Below, piece after piece: positions 18,413 to 27,480 of a stretch of DNA of 64,000 nucleotides (position 1 is its first letter; the number at the start of each line of letters is the position of its first letter). This stretch comes from a virus. Taxonomy: Duplodnaviria > Heunggongvirae > Uroviricota > Caudoviricetes. Location of the stretch: positions 23,757-87,756 of IMG/VR virus record IMGVR_UViG_2718217859_000011. One strand, written 5' to 3'. Under the pieces are notes generated by a model, which saw nothing but the letters and a program-made list of their open reading frames with translations, ran no database searches and was not told the DNA's origin. A program made the position numbers and the translations under genes.

Positions 18413-18646
18413 ATGCATCAGGATATCAAAGAGTACAGAGCCGGAAATAGTTGCGCGGCGTATTCGCTGGGCGCGTCCAGAGCAGAACAACGCGGCGATT
18501 ATGCCGAGGCTGAAAAGTTGTGGCGTAAGGCAGCGCAAAGCCCGTGTAGCACCCTGCGCCGCATCTGGGCTGAACATCGTGCGGAGTTCTGCGCTAACGC
18601 TCACCTGAAGGGATGGAGGCCACGCCATGAATGCGAAGAACTTTAA
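18413..18646 (+). CDS. Hypothetical early protein (77 aa)
   Basis: ATG at 18413 directly after the previous stop. Confidence 0.35.
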   Translation: MHQDIKEYRAGNSCAAYSLGASRAEQRGDYAEAEKLWRKAAQSPCSTLRRIWAEHRAEFCANAHLKGWRPRHECEEL

Positions 18647-18818
18647 TAAGCAGTATCCGCCAGGGACTCGCTTCATGCACACGGCACATCCGGCGTTGCG
18701 CGGTGGCCGGGTGGTGAAAACCGTTGCACCGGCCAGAGATTTTAAATGTGGTTGTGTGGTTGAAATTAATGTCGAGCCTTATTTCGTAAAAGTCGAAACA
18801 CTGAAAGCAGCGCATTAA
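18627..18818 (+). CDS. Hypothetical early protein (63 aa)
   Basis: ORF overlapping the upstream gene end. Confidence 0.35.
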   Translation: MNAKNFNKQYPPGTRFMHTAHPALRGGRVVKTVAPARDFKCGCVVEINVEPYFVKVETLKAAH

Positions 18819-18898
18819 TTTAATTCGTTTTTAATTGTTATTTAAAACAGGCGTAAACCCGCCGGGGCTGGCTTACGCCTGAATCTGAGGGATTCATT

Positions 18899-19627
18899 AT
18901 GGAAAATAAAAGCAAATATATCGCCAGAATTAAAAAACTGTTACGCCTTGCCAGAGGAACATCAAGCCCGGAAGAAGCCGCTAACGCTATTGCAAAAGCC
19001 CAGGCTTATATGCGCCAGCATGGTATCAGCGAAAACGACGCGGAATTGTTCGACATTCAGGAAGCTGCCAGCGCGGGTGCGCCGAGTGATGCCAGTACAC
19101 CGCCGCGTTATATGCACATCCTGTGTGACCTGGTATGTAAAGCCTTCGGTGTCGAGTGTTACATCTCCGGTGAATACCGGGCTTCTGGTTCACTCAAACG
19201 TTACGTTCGTTTTTATGGTCCTGACAGCCGCCCGGAAATTGCGGCCTACGCGTTTGATGTGCTTTCCCGTCAGATGATGGCAGAGCGTAATCAATATCAG
19301 GATAAACACTGTAAGCGTTGCAAACCATCCACGCGGGTGGCCCGTGGCGACCAGTTCTGCGAAGGCTGGGTCTTTGGTGCCCGTGATGTCATTGCGGTGT
19401 ATGACGTCTCCCCGGAAGAAAAAAGCCGCCTTGAGCTTTACAGAGAAAACCTGCACAGGACTAAAGTGCGGCGCGACGGGGATATGCGCACAGCTAAAGC
19501 GTGTCGGGGTGCAGAGTTTGCCGCTACTGCTGGTTTTATCGCCGGGAAAAATGCCAGGTTGCATCAGGGGGTTAATGGTCAGAGCAACAGGCCGCTGGCG
19601 CTGGGAGGGGATAACGATGGCTTTTAA
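18899..19627 (+). CDS. Hypothetical early protein (242 aa)
   Basis: ORF with upstream RBS; Cys-containing middle region (CKRCKPSTRVARGDQFCEGW). Confidence 0.45.
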   Translation: MENKSKYIARIKKLLRLARGTSSPEEAANAIAKAQAYMRQHGISENDAELFDIQEAASAGAPSDASTPPRYMHILCDLVCKAFGVECYISGEYRASGSLKRYVRFYGPDSRPEIAAYAFDVLSRQMMAERNQYQDKHCKRCKPSTRVARGDQFCEGWVFGARDVIAVYDVSPEEKSRLELYRENLHRTKVRRDGDMRTAKACRGAEFAATAGFIAGKNARLHQGVNGQSNRPLALGGDNDGF

Positions 19628-19844
19628 ACTTCTCAGTGTTACCGAAGCAATATACCAGCCGCCAGAAGAACGCCACGAATACAGGATGAATGACGGCAGC
19701 GCGGCGGTTGAGTTTCCCAAATATCCGGGGGCTTCCCGGTGGCGGTTCTATGACAGTGCGGGACGCCGGATTATTAAAAGAACCGTGCACAACGCCATGA
19801 AAGCCGCTGTAGAACGTCACAAAAGAAGGTTTAACTGCAAATGA
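19617..19844 (+). CDS. Hypothetical early protein (75 aa)
   Basis: ATG at 19617 with GGAGG RBS. Confidence 0.4.
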   Translation: MAFKLLSVTEAIYQPPEERHEYRMNDGSAAVEFPKYPGASRWRFYDSAGRRIIKRTVHNAMKAAVERHKRRFNCK

Positions 19845-20071
19845 ATATTGAATTTTATGACTACGGAGTCACCTCAAAAATCATTGTTACCTGCTGGTTC
19901 TGGGAGTTCCGTCGCTATTGCCGGGTTGTGGATGCGGCGTTGTTTGTGGCTCCTGAAGTGCGCCACCAGAGTGGCGGTGGCCTTTTAATGAAAACCGTCA
20001 TCACCGGTAAAACGGTCCCGATGTTACGGGCGTTTAAAGTGGCAAAACAGGAGGCTTGCAATGGTCATTGA
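19841..20071 (+). CDS. Hypothetical early protein (76 aa)
   Basis: ATGA overlap with the upstream stop. Confidence 0.35.
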   Translation: MNIEFYDYGVTSKIIVTCWFWEFRRYCRVVDAALFVAPEVRHQSGGGLLMKTVITGKTVPMLRAFKVAKQEACNGH

Positions 20072-20351
20072 TAAAACGATAACGATCGATGTAGCCATGA
20101 ATACAGGTCTGGCGCTTATCGGTTATGGCTATATCACTTTTATGTCATTCAGGTGGTTGATTTCTTCGTTCTTTAAGCAATGTGAAAAACGTTGCCGCAA
20201 AGACAAGCGCGTGAAGGCACTAAATGCGTTTAATGACGCTTTTGATATTGACCGTATGCAACAGGGAGACCCGGCACGCGTAATTACCCAGGGAGATGTC
20301 GTGATTTTGGTATACCGGAGTGAAAAAAATGAACAGGAGGCGGCGCAGTGA
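20061..20351 (+). CDS. Hypothetical membrane-associated early protein (96 aa)
   Basis: Hydrophobic N-terminal segment. Confidence 0.35.
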   Translation: MVIDKTITIDVAMNTGLALIGYGYITFMSFRWLISSFFKQCEKRCRKDKRVKALNAFNDAFDIDRMQQGDPARVITQGDVVILVYRSEKNEQEAAQ

Positions 20352-20656
20352 ACCAGCAAACCAGAATAAGCGATAAGAGCCTGACCAGACTGATTGCCGA
20401 TGCTGACAAAATGCTTGATATGCGCGGACCGATTGTAGACAGAGAGTGGTGGATGCTTTTACGGCAGTCCCTGGTTGAACTTCAGGAACGCCGGAGTGCT
20501 GGAATCATTCCAGTGACGCTGAGAGTAAAGGAGCATCAGGTCAGAGAGCTGGTTAATCAGTTACGAGATGTGGCAATCAAATACCACGGAACGCAGCAAT
20601 TACGGGAGCGTATTGCAACAACAGTCATTTATTCAGAACTGGTTTCAGGGGAATAA
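20348..20656 (+). CDS. Hypothetical early protein (102 aa)
   Basis: Overlapping start/stop with neighbours. Confidence 0.4.
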   Translation: MNQQTRISDKSLTRLIADADKMLDMRGPIVDREWWMLLRQSLVELQERRSAGIIPVTLRVKEHQVRELVNQLRDVAIKYHGTQQLRERIATTVIYSELVSGE

Positions 20657-20660
20657 TCAG

Positions 20661-20843
20661 ATGAAAAACCGTAAGGCAAAAATTCTGTTAGCTCGCAGAA
20701 ACGGTGTTGGGGTCTGGCGATGGTTGAGGATTAGTAACAGACGAGTGAGGTTGACGGGGTGTCGTGGTGTGATGGGGCACAGTTGTTGCAAAAAGCCCAG
20801 CGCGGCGCAAAACCGCTGGAAGAATCACACTAACGCAAAGTAA
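20661..20843 (+). CDS. Small basic protein (60 aa)
   Basis: ATG at 20661 with AGGGGA RBS; Arg/Lys-rich. Confidence 0.3.
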   Translation: MKNRKAKILLARRNGVGVWRWLRISNRRVRLTGCRGVMGHSCCKKPSAAQNRWKNHTNAK

Positions 20844-20874
20844 TTAAATAATAACCAATAGCAGACCAAAATAT

Positions 20875-21189
20875 ATGTTTTGGTCTGCCAAAAGCGATGT
20901 TTTGGTCATTATGAAGATTGAACAAATCGGAATGGCAGCCTTCCGGCAGCAGGCTGAAAGCGGTGGCGTGGATGAGTTCGTCGTGCAGAGGTTCGGTGGT
21001 GTGTATCACCTCTTCGCTGTGAATCGCCGCGCTGGTGTGTCTTATTTTCTACAGGAACGCCGTGGCGATTACAAGACGTGGCTGTCTCTTGACCGTGCCG
21101 CCGCGTTCCTGTCAGGGATTGGCGTTTCACGTTTTACCGTGCGTTTTGAGGATAACAAACATGCTGAAAAAGATGATCGGAGCCATTAA
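20875..21189 (+). CDS. Hypothetical early protein (104 aa)
   Basis: ORF preceding gemA. Confidence 0.35.
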   Translation: MFWSAKSDVLVIMKIEQIGMAAFRQQAESGGVDEFVVQRFGGVYHLFAVNRRAGVSYFLQERRGDYKTWLSLDRAAAFLSGIGVSRFTVRFEDNKHAEKDDRSH

Positions 21190-21559
21190 AGCCGGTCAGG
21201 CGTATCTGGGGTGGGATGATGTCCTTTATCGCCAGACGCTGGCCCGCCTGACCGGTAAAACCAGCACCACACGCTGCAACCTCGATGAACTGCGCATCAT
21301 CCGGGAATACATGCACGAACAGGGATTTCCGCGCAAAGCACCCGCCGGTAAAGGTCGCCGCCCCCGTGTTGCAATGAGCAGAAAATCAGTATTATCCAAA
21401 ATTGAAGCGTTGCTGGCTGATGCCGGTCGTTCCTGGGCATATGCAGAAGGGCTGGCATCTCACATGTATAAGCAACATGTGATCGAATGGCTGACGGATG
21501 AACAGCTTTTTGGGGTAATGGTGGCGCTGGTTAAAGATTCAAGAAGGAGAAATCAATGA
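21161..21559 (+). CDS. GemA-like regulatory protein (Mu gp16 family)
   Basis: 132 aa from MLKKMIGAIKAGQAYLGWDD; position before mor. Confidence 0.55.
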   Translation: MLKKMIGAIKAGQAYLGWDDVLYRQTLARLTGKTSTTRCNLDELRIIREYMHEQGFPRKAPAGKGRRPRVAMSRKSVLSKIEALLADAGRSWAYAEGLASHMYKQHVIEWLTDEQLFGVMVALVKDSRRRNQ

Positions 21560-22035
21560 TGAAAAAATGGTTGTTTTGTTTAGTAGGGGTTATTTTCTCT
21601 TGTTCTGCGTTGGCTCAGACAGAGGAACAGGCGCAAAAGGAACTGAAACGTTATCAGGATATGAAACCACAGGTTGAGCAACTTCTGAGGGAAAGCCTGA
21701 AACTCTATTATGACATGCCAGACGCTGCATCAGAATATAATAACGGTAACCCTGAAAAATGGCGTAAGGTCATAACAGGCCTGAAGGAATTCGATAAACA
21801 AATAGAGAAAATTGGCGGTAATGGCTTCGATCCTGTTTATAGTTCCTGTGTAAATATGGGGATTCAACTACAGGATTACTGGTCTAACGTCCTCGGCAAC
21901 AACAAACAGTTTCTCGAGCGTTCCAGAAGTTTGTTTATACAGGATCGCATGGATTGCTTTGATCAATTCGTCTTTGGTAAAGAACGTATAGAGGCCAGAA
22001 AAGACCTTGCCATTGTTAATGTCTGGGATGAATAA
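21556..22035 (+). CDS. Secreted/periplasmic protein with signal peptide (moron between gemA and mor)
   Basis: AAGGAG RBS; N-terminal signal peptide MMKKWLFCLVGVIFSCSALAQ; followed by its own terminator. Confidence 0.55.
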   Translation: MMKKWLFCLVGVIFSCSALAQTEEQAQKELKRYQDMKPQVEQLLRESLKLYYDMPDAASEYNNGNPEKWRKVITGLKEFDKQIEKIGGNGFDPVYSSCVNMGIQLQDYWSNVLGNNKQFLERSRSLFIQDRMDCFDQFVFGKERIEARKDLAIVNVWDE

Positions 22036-22042
22036 ACAGGAA

Positions 22043-22066
22043 CCTCCGCAAACGCGGAGGTTTTTT
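22043..22066 (+). terminator. Rho-independent terminator after the secreted-protein moron
   Basis: cctccgc-aaa-gcggagg hairpin followed by tttttt. Confidence 0.6.
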
Positions 22067-22129
22067 ATGAACTGTACAGGCGATCATGTATGGCTATAAT
22101 AACAGTAAGTTACTACCGGAGACGCCATC

Positions 22130-22597
22130 ATGCAGACCTTCAGTGAAACAGATCTTCGCGATGCGCAGGTACTGCTGCCCGATTCCGTACAGCAACTGAT
22201 TAGCGTGATTGGCTTCCCCGCCCTGACCCGGTTAATCCGTTCTTTTGGTGGCGTGACGTTAAGCGGTAAAACCGGCGCACACGCCGGACGCACCGGCGGT
22301 GTCCATGCCCTGTTACATGACGTGCTGACCGAAGACGAAATCAACAAATTGATCCGCTTTCTTGGCGGTGCACCGTTTTACATTCCTCGTTGCGATCATG
22401 CGTTACGTGCCCTGCGTAACACCCGTTTTATGGCTGATTTACAGCAGCATGTAAAAGACGGATGCTCACACCGGCAGGCGCTGGCACTACTCTGTCCCCG
22501 TTACGGGATTTCAGACCGGTACGCATGGCAACTGATACACCGACGACAAAAACAGACTTCGCTGAAAAGCCCCACCCAGGTGGGGCTTTTTGATTAA
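22130..22597 (+). CDS. Mor/C-family transcription activator (Mu middle/late regulator)
   Basis: 155 aa; C-terminal HTH region (CSHRQALALLCPRYGISDRYAWQLIHRRQ) typical of Mor/C. Confidence 0.6.
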   Translation: MQTFSETDLRDAQVLLPDSVQQLISVIGFPALTRLIRSFGGVTLSGKTGAHAGRTGGVHALLHDVLTEDEINKLIRFLGGAPFYIPRCDHALRALRNTRFMADLQQHVKDGCSHRQALALLCPRYGISDRYAWQLIHRRQKQTSLKSPTQVGLFD

Positions 22598-22622
22598 CAG
22601 GCCTCAGAAAAAGGAGACACTT

Positions 22623-22901
22623 ATGACCAACTATACGGCACCAGGCGAGTATACGGCCTACTCAGAGCAGGCCCGGGATGCTGCCGGACGCCGCTTCGCT
22701 TATATGAAAAATCTGGCCAGCCAGCTAAACCGAATGGCCGAACAACCGGATATGGTTGTTCAGGAAGAAGCGTTGCAGTGTGCCATTGCTGACATCATCG
22801 CCAGCGAAAACGAGATGCGCGCAGCGATGGAAAAGGCGAACGCCTCTGCTCCGCTTTGTAATAAACCTCTTATTACGCCGGATTCTCTTTCCCGCTTCTG
22901 A
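22623..22901 (+). CDS. Hypothetical protein (92 aa)
   Basis: AGGAG RBS; followed by a perfect palindrome. Confidence 0.4.
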   Translation: MTNYTAPGEYTAYSEQARDAAGRRFAYMKNLASQLNRMAEQPDMVVQEEALQCAIADIIASENEMRAAMEKANASAPLCNKPLITPDSLSRF

Positions 22902-22904
22902 TTT

Positions 22905-22928
22905 AGCACCCCGCCGCGGCGGGGTGCT
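22905..22928. promoter_or_regulatory. Perfect 24-bp palindrome agcaccccgccg/cggcggggtgct
   Basis: 12-bp arms without loop, no downstream T-run; terminator or protein-binding site. Confidence 0.35.
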
Positions 22929-23084
22929 GAACTCCCCCAGCAGTACCCACCACACCAGACCGTTTACCCTCTCCACTCAGACCACAAGGCACCTTAAGGG
23001 ATAGCGCCCGGCAAAAGTCATTCTGTGCCTTTGACCGGGTGTTATTTACGGGCCGTCAGTGGCTCAGATTTACAGGAGAAACTC

Positions 23085-23477
23085 ATGTCTGAACCCTTAT
23101 CAGGCGGCGGAGCTGTGGCAGTCACCATCGGTGGTGCCAGTGTGTTTGGTCTTCTCACCAATACCGATTTTGGCGTCGTGGTGGGCGCGTTTGCCGGGGC
23201 GCTTTTTGTTGTCACGCAACAGAAAGAAATCCCGGTGTGGCGAATGGCCATCCACCTGCTCGTCGCGTTTGTGGTTGGCGTTCTGGGGGCTGGCGTGGCT
23301 GCGTCACTGATGCAGTGGCTGACCCACTACAACGACAAGCCGCTCGATGCATTGTGTGCGGTCGGTGTCTCGGCGTTATCCATCAAGATACTGACCTTTC
23401 TTTATCAACAGGAAATTTCATCGCTGTTCGGCCTGTTTTCCAGACTGCGCGGCGGAGGGGGTGGAAATGGAAAGTAG
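23085..23477 (+). CDS. Membrane protein, holin candidate (130 aa)
   Basis: Several hydrophobic segments; immediately upstream of the endolysin gene. Confidence 0.4.
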   Translation: MSEPLSGGGAVAVTIGGASVFGLLTNTDFGVVVGAFAGALFVVTQQKEIPVWRMAIHLLVAFVVGVLGAGVAASLMQWLTHYNDKPLDALCAVGVSALSIKILTFLYQQEISSLFGLFSRLRGGGGGNGK

Positions 23478-23745
23478 CCTTGCCGGTATCGTGAATGTCT
23501 GGCTGTGTCTCGCCATTGTGCTGGGGTTGTTTGTGTATCGCCGTCACGGTGCGGCGCATAAACCGATGATTACCTGGCTGGCGTACTGGCTGATGCTCGG
23601 CTACATCATCATCCCGTTCCGCTGGCTGTCAGGTACATACACACACTCCAGCTGGCTGGTTGTGGCGCTGAATCTGGTGTTCTGTGCGCTTATCGTGTGG
23701 GCGCACGGGAATTTGTCAAAAATCCTTTCGTTACTGCGGAGGTGA
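23461..23745 (+). CDS. Membrane protein (94 aa, three TM segments), holin/antiholin candidate
   Basis: Hydrophobic profile; lysis-cassette position. Confidence 0.4.
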   Translation: MEMESSLAGIVNVWLCLAIVLGLFVYRRHGAAHKPMITWLAYWLMLGYIIIPFRWLSGTYTHSSWLVVALNLVFCALIVWAHGNLSKILSLLRR

Positions 23746-23747
23746 AT

Positions 23748-24125
23748 ATGTCGGAAAAATTCCGTTTCAGTCAACGTAGCGAGAAAAATCTGGCTGGTGT
23801 AAAACCACAACTGGTGGCGGTTGTACGCCGTGCGCTGGCGTTGTCGGACGTCGATTTTGGTATTACCGAAGGTTTACGCACGAAAGAACGTCAGAAACAA
23901 CTTGTCGCTGAAGGCAAGAGCCAGACCATGAACAGCCGTCACCTTACTGGCGATGCTGTTGATGTCGTGGCTTACGTTGGTGGCACCATTTCATGGGACT
24001 GGCCGTTATACGAAAAAATCGCCCGAGCCTTTAAACAGGCTGCCGCAGAGCTGGGTGTCGCCATCGAATGGGGCGGAGACTGGAAAACGCTGAAAGACGG
24101 GCCTCATTTCCAGTTAAAACGCTGA
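23748..24125 (+). CDS. Endolysin, peptidase M15-like (L-alanyl-D-glutamate peptidase type)
   Basis: 126 aa from MSEKFRFSQRSEKNL; motifs SRHLTGDAVDV and DGPHFQ; GGAGG RBS. Confidence 0.65.
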   Translation: MSEKFRFSQRSEKNLAGVKPQLVAVVRRALALSDVDFGITEGLRTKERQKQLVAEGKSQTMNSRHLTGDAVDVVAYVGGTISWDWPLYEKIARAFKQAAAELGVAIEWGGDWKTLKDGPHFQLKR

Positions 24126-24138
24126 TGCGGGAGGGATT

Positions 24139-24321
24139 ATGAACAGAAGTCACTGGCCCCACAGAACGCCACGTAAAGCCGTGCGCTGTGTTCTGGCCCT
24201 GTTTCTGGTGATGTTGCTTCCGGTGGGATGCACTGACATTAACAGAGCGGGCCAGCTGTTTGACGCGGCGGCACAGGTCTGCCGGATTATCGACGGTATC
24301 CGGCAGTGTTCGCAGAACTGA
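24139..24321 (+). CDS. Small lipoprotein (spanin candidate)
   Basis: 60 aa; lipobox-like LLPVGC after a signal sequence. Confidence 0.4.
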   Translation: MNRSHWPHRTPRKAVRCVLALFLVMLLPVGCTDINRAGQLFDAAAQVCRIIDGIRQCSQN

Positions 24322-24341
24322 TTTTTTGAAGGTCTGGCACA

Positions 24342-24548
24342 GTGAGCGTTATCAGATTTACAGAATACACAGGTTCAGGAGGTGCAGGCGCTGTCATGGT
24401 GCTCGCTGAACGCATCACCCATTTTTACCGTCAGCACGGTACACATGATGGCACTGTCATTGAACTGGATACCGGGAAAAACGTGTTCGTTCTTGAAAAT
24501 CCCGACGAAGTTCAGCGCAGGATTGAACAGGCTCAGAAGGACACTTAA
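24342..24548 (+). CDS. Hypothetical protein (68 aa)
   Basis: ORF between lysis and packaging genes. Confidence 0.35.
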   Translation: MSVIRFTEYTGSGGAGAVMVLAERITHFYRQHGTHDGTVIELDTGKNVFVLENPDEVQRRIEQAQKDT

Positions 24549-25048
24549 TGGCGTGGTCACAGGATATCAGGGACAAAGTCCGTAACGGGTACATCTTTGA
24601 CCAGCTTCCGCTGGATATCGTCGCCATGAAGTACGCCGTGCCGCACGATACCGCGCGGCGCTGGAAAACGCAGGCGATGAAGAACGGTGACGACTGGGAC
24701 AAGCTGCGGGCCGCTCACGCGCTCGCCGGTGACGGGCTGGAAAGTGTCGCCCGCACCGTGCTTATCAGTCTGGTGGTGAAGTGTCAGACGACGCTTGAAC
24801 GGCTGAACCAGAACCCGGACATCCCGCCGCAGGAGTCCGTCGAACTGCTGGCGAGTCTGTCTGACAGTCTCAGTAAGGCGGTGGCCAGCAGTAAAAAAAT
24901 CCTGCCGGAAACCGACCGGCTCGCCACGGCACTGGAAGTGGTGCAGCGGCTCGGCGCGTTCATCAAGGAGCGTCACCCGGCACAGTATGCCGCGTTCCTT
25001 GAGGTGCTCGAAGGCTTCGCTAAAGAGCTTGAGGATAATTTCAGTTAA
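24548..25048 (+). CDS. Putative terminase small subunit / DNA-binding packaging protein (Mu gp27-like)
   Basis: 166 aa, positioned upstream of the large terminase; assignment by position only. Confidence 0.35.
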   Translation: MAWSQDIRDKVRNGYIFDQLPLDIVAMKYAVPHDTARRWKTQAMKNGDDWDKLRAAHALAGDGLESVARTVLISLVVKCQTTLERLNQNPDIPPQESVELLASLSDSLSKAVASSKKILPETDRLATALEVVQRLGAFIKERHPAQYAAFLEVLEGFAKELEDNFS

Positions 25049-25094
25049 CCACAGCGGCCCGGTTTTCCGGGCCGTCTGATATTCGGGATTTGTA

Positions 25095-25835
25095 ATGCAA
25101 AAACAGATTATTGGTAACGCAACGTTGTATTGCGGTGATGTTCTTGATGTGCTGCCAGCGTTATCCGAACGTTTTGATGCCGTCATTACCGACCCGCCTT
25201 ACAGCAGTGGTGGCACACATAAATCAGACCGCAGCATAGCCCCTTCGGACAAGTATGTCGGTCACACCCGGTATGCCGAGTTCACCGGCGATAACCGCGA
25301 CCAGCGCAGCTGGGCGTTCTGGTGTTCCATGTGGATTTCTCATGCATTGCACAGGCTGAATCCCGGCGGTTATTTCATGGTGTTCAGTGACTGGCGACAA
25401 CTACCGGCGCTTACCGATGCATTTCAGGCCGGTGGTGTGCTGTGGCGTGGTCTGGTTGTCTGGGATAAAACGCAGGCTTCCCGTGCGCCACACACCGGCT
25501 ATTTCCGGCATCAGGCCGAGTATGTGGTCTGGGGCAGCAACGGAAAACTCGACAAATGCCCGCACGGTGGCCCGTTCCCTGGTGTGATTACGCAGCGTGT
25601 TGTCCCGTCTGAAAAACTGCACATGACCGCAAAGCCAGTTCAGCTGATGGCCGAGCTGGTTAAACCGCTGGCACCGGATGCGCACGTCCTCGATCCGTTT
25701 ATGGGAAGCGGCACCACCGCCATCCCTGTACTTGCCCGTGGCGGACGGTTTACCGGCATTGAAATGACTAACCAGTATTTTGATATCGCCTGCGCACGTA
25801 TCGAAAAAGCGCAGGCAGAAGCAGCGCAGGTGTGA
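25095..25835 (+). CDS. DNA methyltransferase (N6-adenine/N4-cytosine type) inserted between packaging genes
   Basis: 246 aa; motif IV ITDPPYSSGG N-terminal and motif I FMGSGTT C-terminal. Confidence 0.8.
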   Translation: MQKQIIGNATLYCGDVLDVLPALSERFDAVITDPPYSSGGTHKSDRSIAPSDKYVGHTRYAEFTGDNRDQRSWAFWCSMWISHALHRLNPGGYFMVFSDWRQLPALTDAFQAGGVLWRGLVVWDKTQASRAPHTGYFRHQAEYVVWGSNGKLDKCPHGGPFPGVITQRVVPSEKLHMTAKPVQLMAELVKPLAPDAHVLDPFMGSGTTAIPVLARGGRFTGIEMTNQYFDIACARIEKAQAEAAQV

Positions 25836-25836
25836 C

Positions 25837-27477
25837 GTGGCAAAACGTAAACTTTCCATTAAAGAGTTTCAGAGAAGCTTACAGGAGTACATCGCCAACC
25901 TCCGCCAGACCATTGAGGCTGAATGTCTGGGGTTTGATGTTAACCCGCAGGCCACACAGGCCCGCCGGGCGGCAGTCTGCGACCCGGTGACGGGCTACGA
26001 TTATTTTGTCGAAAACTATTTCCCGCACTACGTCCGCAACCCGGCAAAAAGTGAGCTGCATAAATACCTGTTCAGCCGTCTGCCACAGGTTGTGGCAAGC
26101 CCGGACCCGGAGAACGACGCCATCGCCGCGCCCCGTGGTGAAGCAAAATCCACGCTGGTGACTCAGCTGTTTACCCTGTGGACCATTATCCGGGCCATTA
26201 AACATTATCCGGTCATCATTATGGACAGTATCGACCAGGCTTATCCGATGCTGGAAGCCATCAAGGCTGAACTGGAGTTTAACCCCCGTTTAAAAAACGA
26301 TTTCCCGGAGGTGTGCGGGCAGGGTCGCGTCTGGCGTATGGGGACCATCGTCACAGCCAACAATATCAAGGTGACCGTTGCCGGTAGTGGTAAAAAGCTG
26401 CGTGGTCTGCGCCACGGCCCGTACCGTCCTGACCTGGTTATCCTCGACGATATCGAGAACGACGAGATGGTGCGTAACCCGGAGCAGCGCGACAAGCTGC
26501 ATGACTGGCTCACCAAAACCGTGATGCCACTGGGTGAGGCTGGCGGTAAAACCGATATTATTTATATCGGAACCATCCTGCATTACGACTCCGTACTGTC
26601 GCGCACGCTGAATAACCCGATGTGGAAAACGGCCCGTTTTAAGGCCGTCATTCAGTGGCCTGCCAATATGAAGTTGTGGGACGAGTGGGAAGAACTCATC
26701 CGCAACAAACAGCCGGAAGCGGCGGAGGCACTTTACCGGCAGAACGAAGCCGAGATGCTCGCCGGGTCGGTGGTGTCATGGGCGGCGCGTCCCCTGCTGG
26801 CACTGATGAAAATCCGTGTCCGTGACGGTCACGACACCTTTGATTCTGAATACCAGAACGACCCGGTCAGCGGTGAAGATGCGCTGTTTGCGGGCTGCAT
26901 TAAGTTCTGGGTTAACCGTCTTGATGAATGGGTGTTCTACGGCGCTGTTGACCCCAGTCTCGGGAAGAAAAACAAAAACCGCGACCCGTCGGCCATTCTC
27001 GTGGGGGGCTTTAACCGCTTTACCGGCATTCTGGATGTGGTTGAAGCCGATATCCGCCGACGTCTGCCAAATAAACTTATCGAAGACGTGATCAAGTATC
27101 AGCGGGAATACCACTGTCTGTGCTGGTCGTTTGAGTCCGTTCAGTTTCAGGAGTTTCTGCGTACCGTGCTGGTTGAGCGTTCGGCGGCGCTGGGCGTACC
27201 GGTTCCGGCGCTGCCGGTCATCCCTCTGGAGGATAAGGCGCTGCGTATTGAGTCCCTTCAGCCGCATATGGCCAACGGCCTGATTCGCATCAGTCCCGCA
27301 CATCAGACTCTGATTGACCAGCTGCGCCACTACCCCAAAGCCGACCATGATGACGGCCCGGACTGTCTGCACATGCTGTGGACGCTGGCAGTGTCGCGCA
27401 GCGCAAAATTTCAGATACACACCCCACGCAGCACCGGGCGTGACCGTGGCGGGCGTTTTGGTTCAGGAGGATGGTAA
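25837..27477 (+). CDS. Terminase large subunit (Mu gp28-like)
   Basis: Long ORF (frame open from 25780; likely GTG start at 25837, 2 nt after the MTase stop); precedes the portal gene. Confidence 0.65.
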   Translation: MAKRKLSIKEFQRSLQEYIANLRQTIEAECLGFDVNPQATQARRAAVCDPVTGYDYFVENYFPHYVRNPAKSELHKYLFSRLPQVVASPDPENDAIAAPRGEAKSTLVTQLFTLWTIIRAIKHYPVIIMDSIDQAYPMLEAIKAELEFNPRLKNDFPEVCGQGRVWRMGTIVTANNIKVTVAGSGKKLRGLRHGPYRPDLVILDDIENDEMVRNPEQRDKLHDWLTKTVMPLGEAGGKTDIIYIGTILHYDSVLSRTLNNPMWKTARFKAVIQWPANMKLWDEWEELIRNKQPEAAEALYRQNEAEMLAGSVVSWAARPLLALMKIRVRDGHDTFDSEYQNDPVSGEDALFAGCIKFWVNRLDEWVFYGAVDPSLGKKNKNRDPSAILVGGFNRFTGILDVVEADIRRRLPNKLIEDVIKYQREYHCLCWSFESVQFQEFLRTVLVERSAALGVPVPALPVIPLEDKALRIESLQPHMANGLIRISPAHQTLIDQLRHYPKADHDDGPDCLHMLWTLAVSRSAKFQIHTPRSTGRDRGGRFGSGGW

Positions 27478-27480
27478 TTA

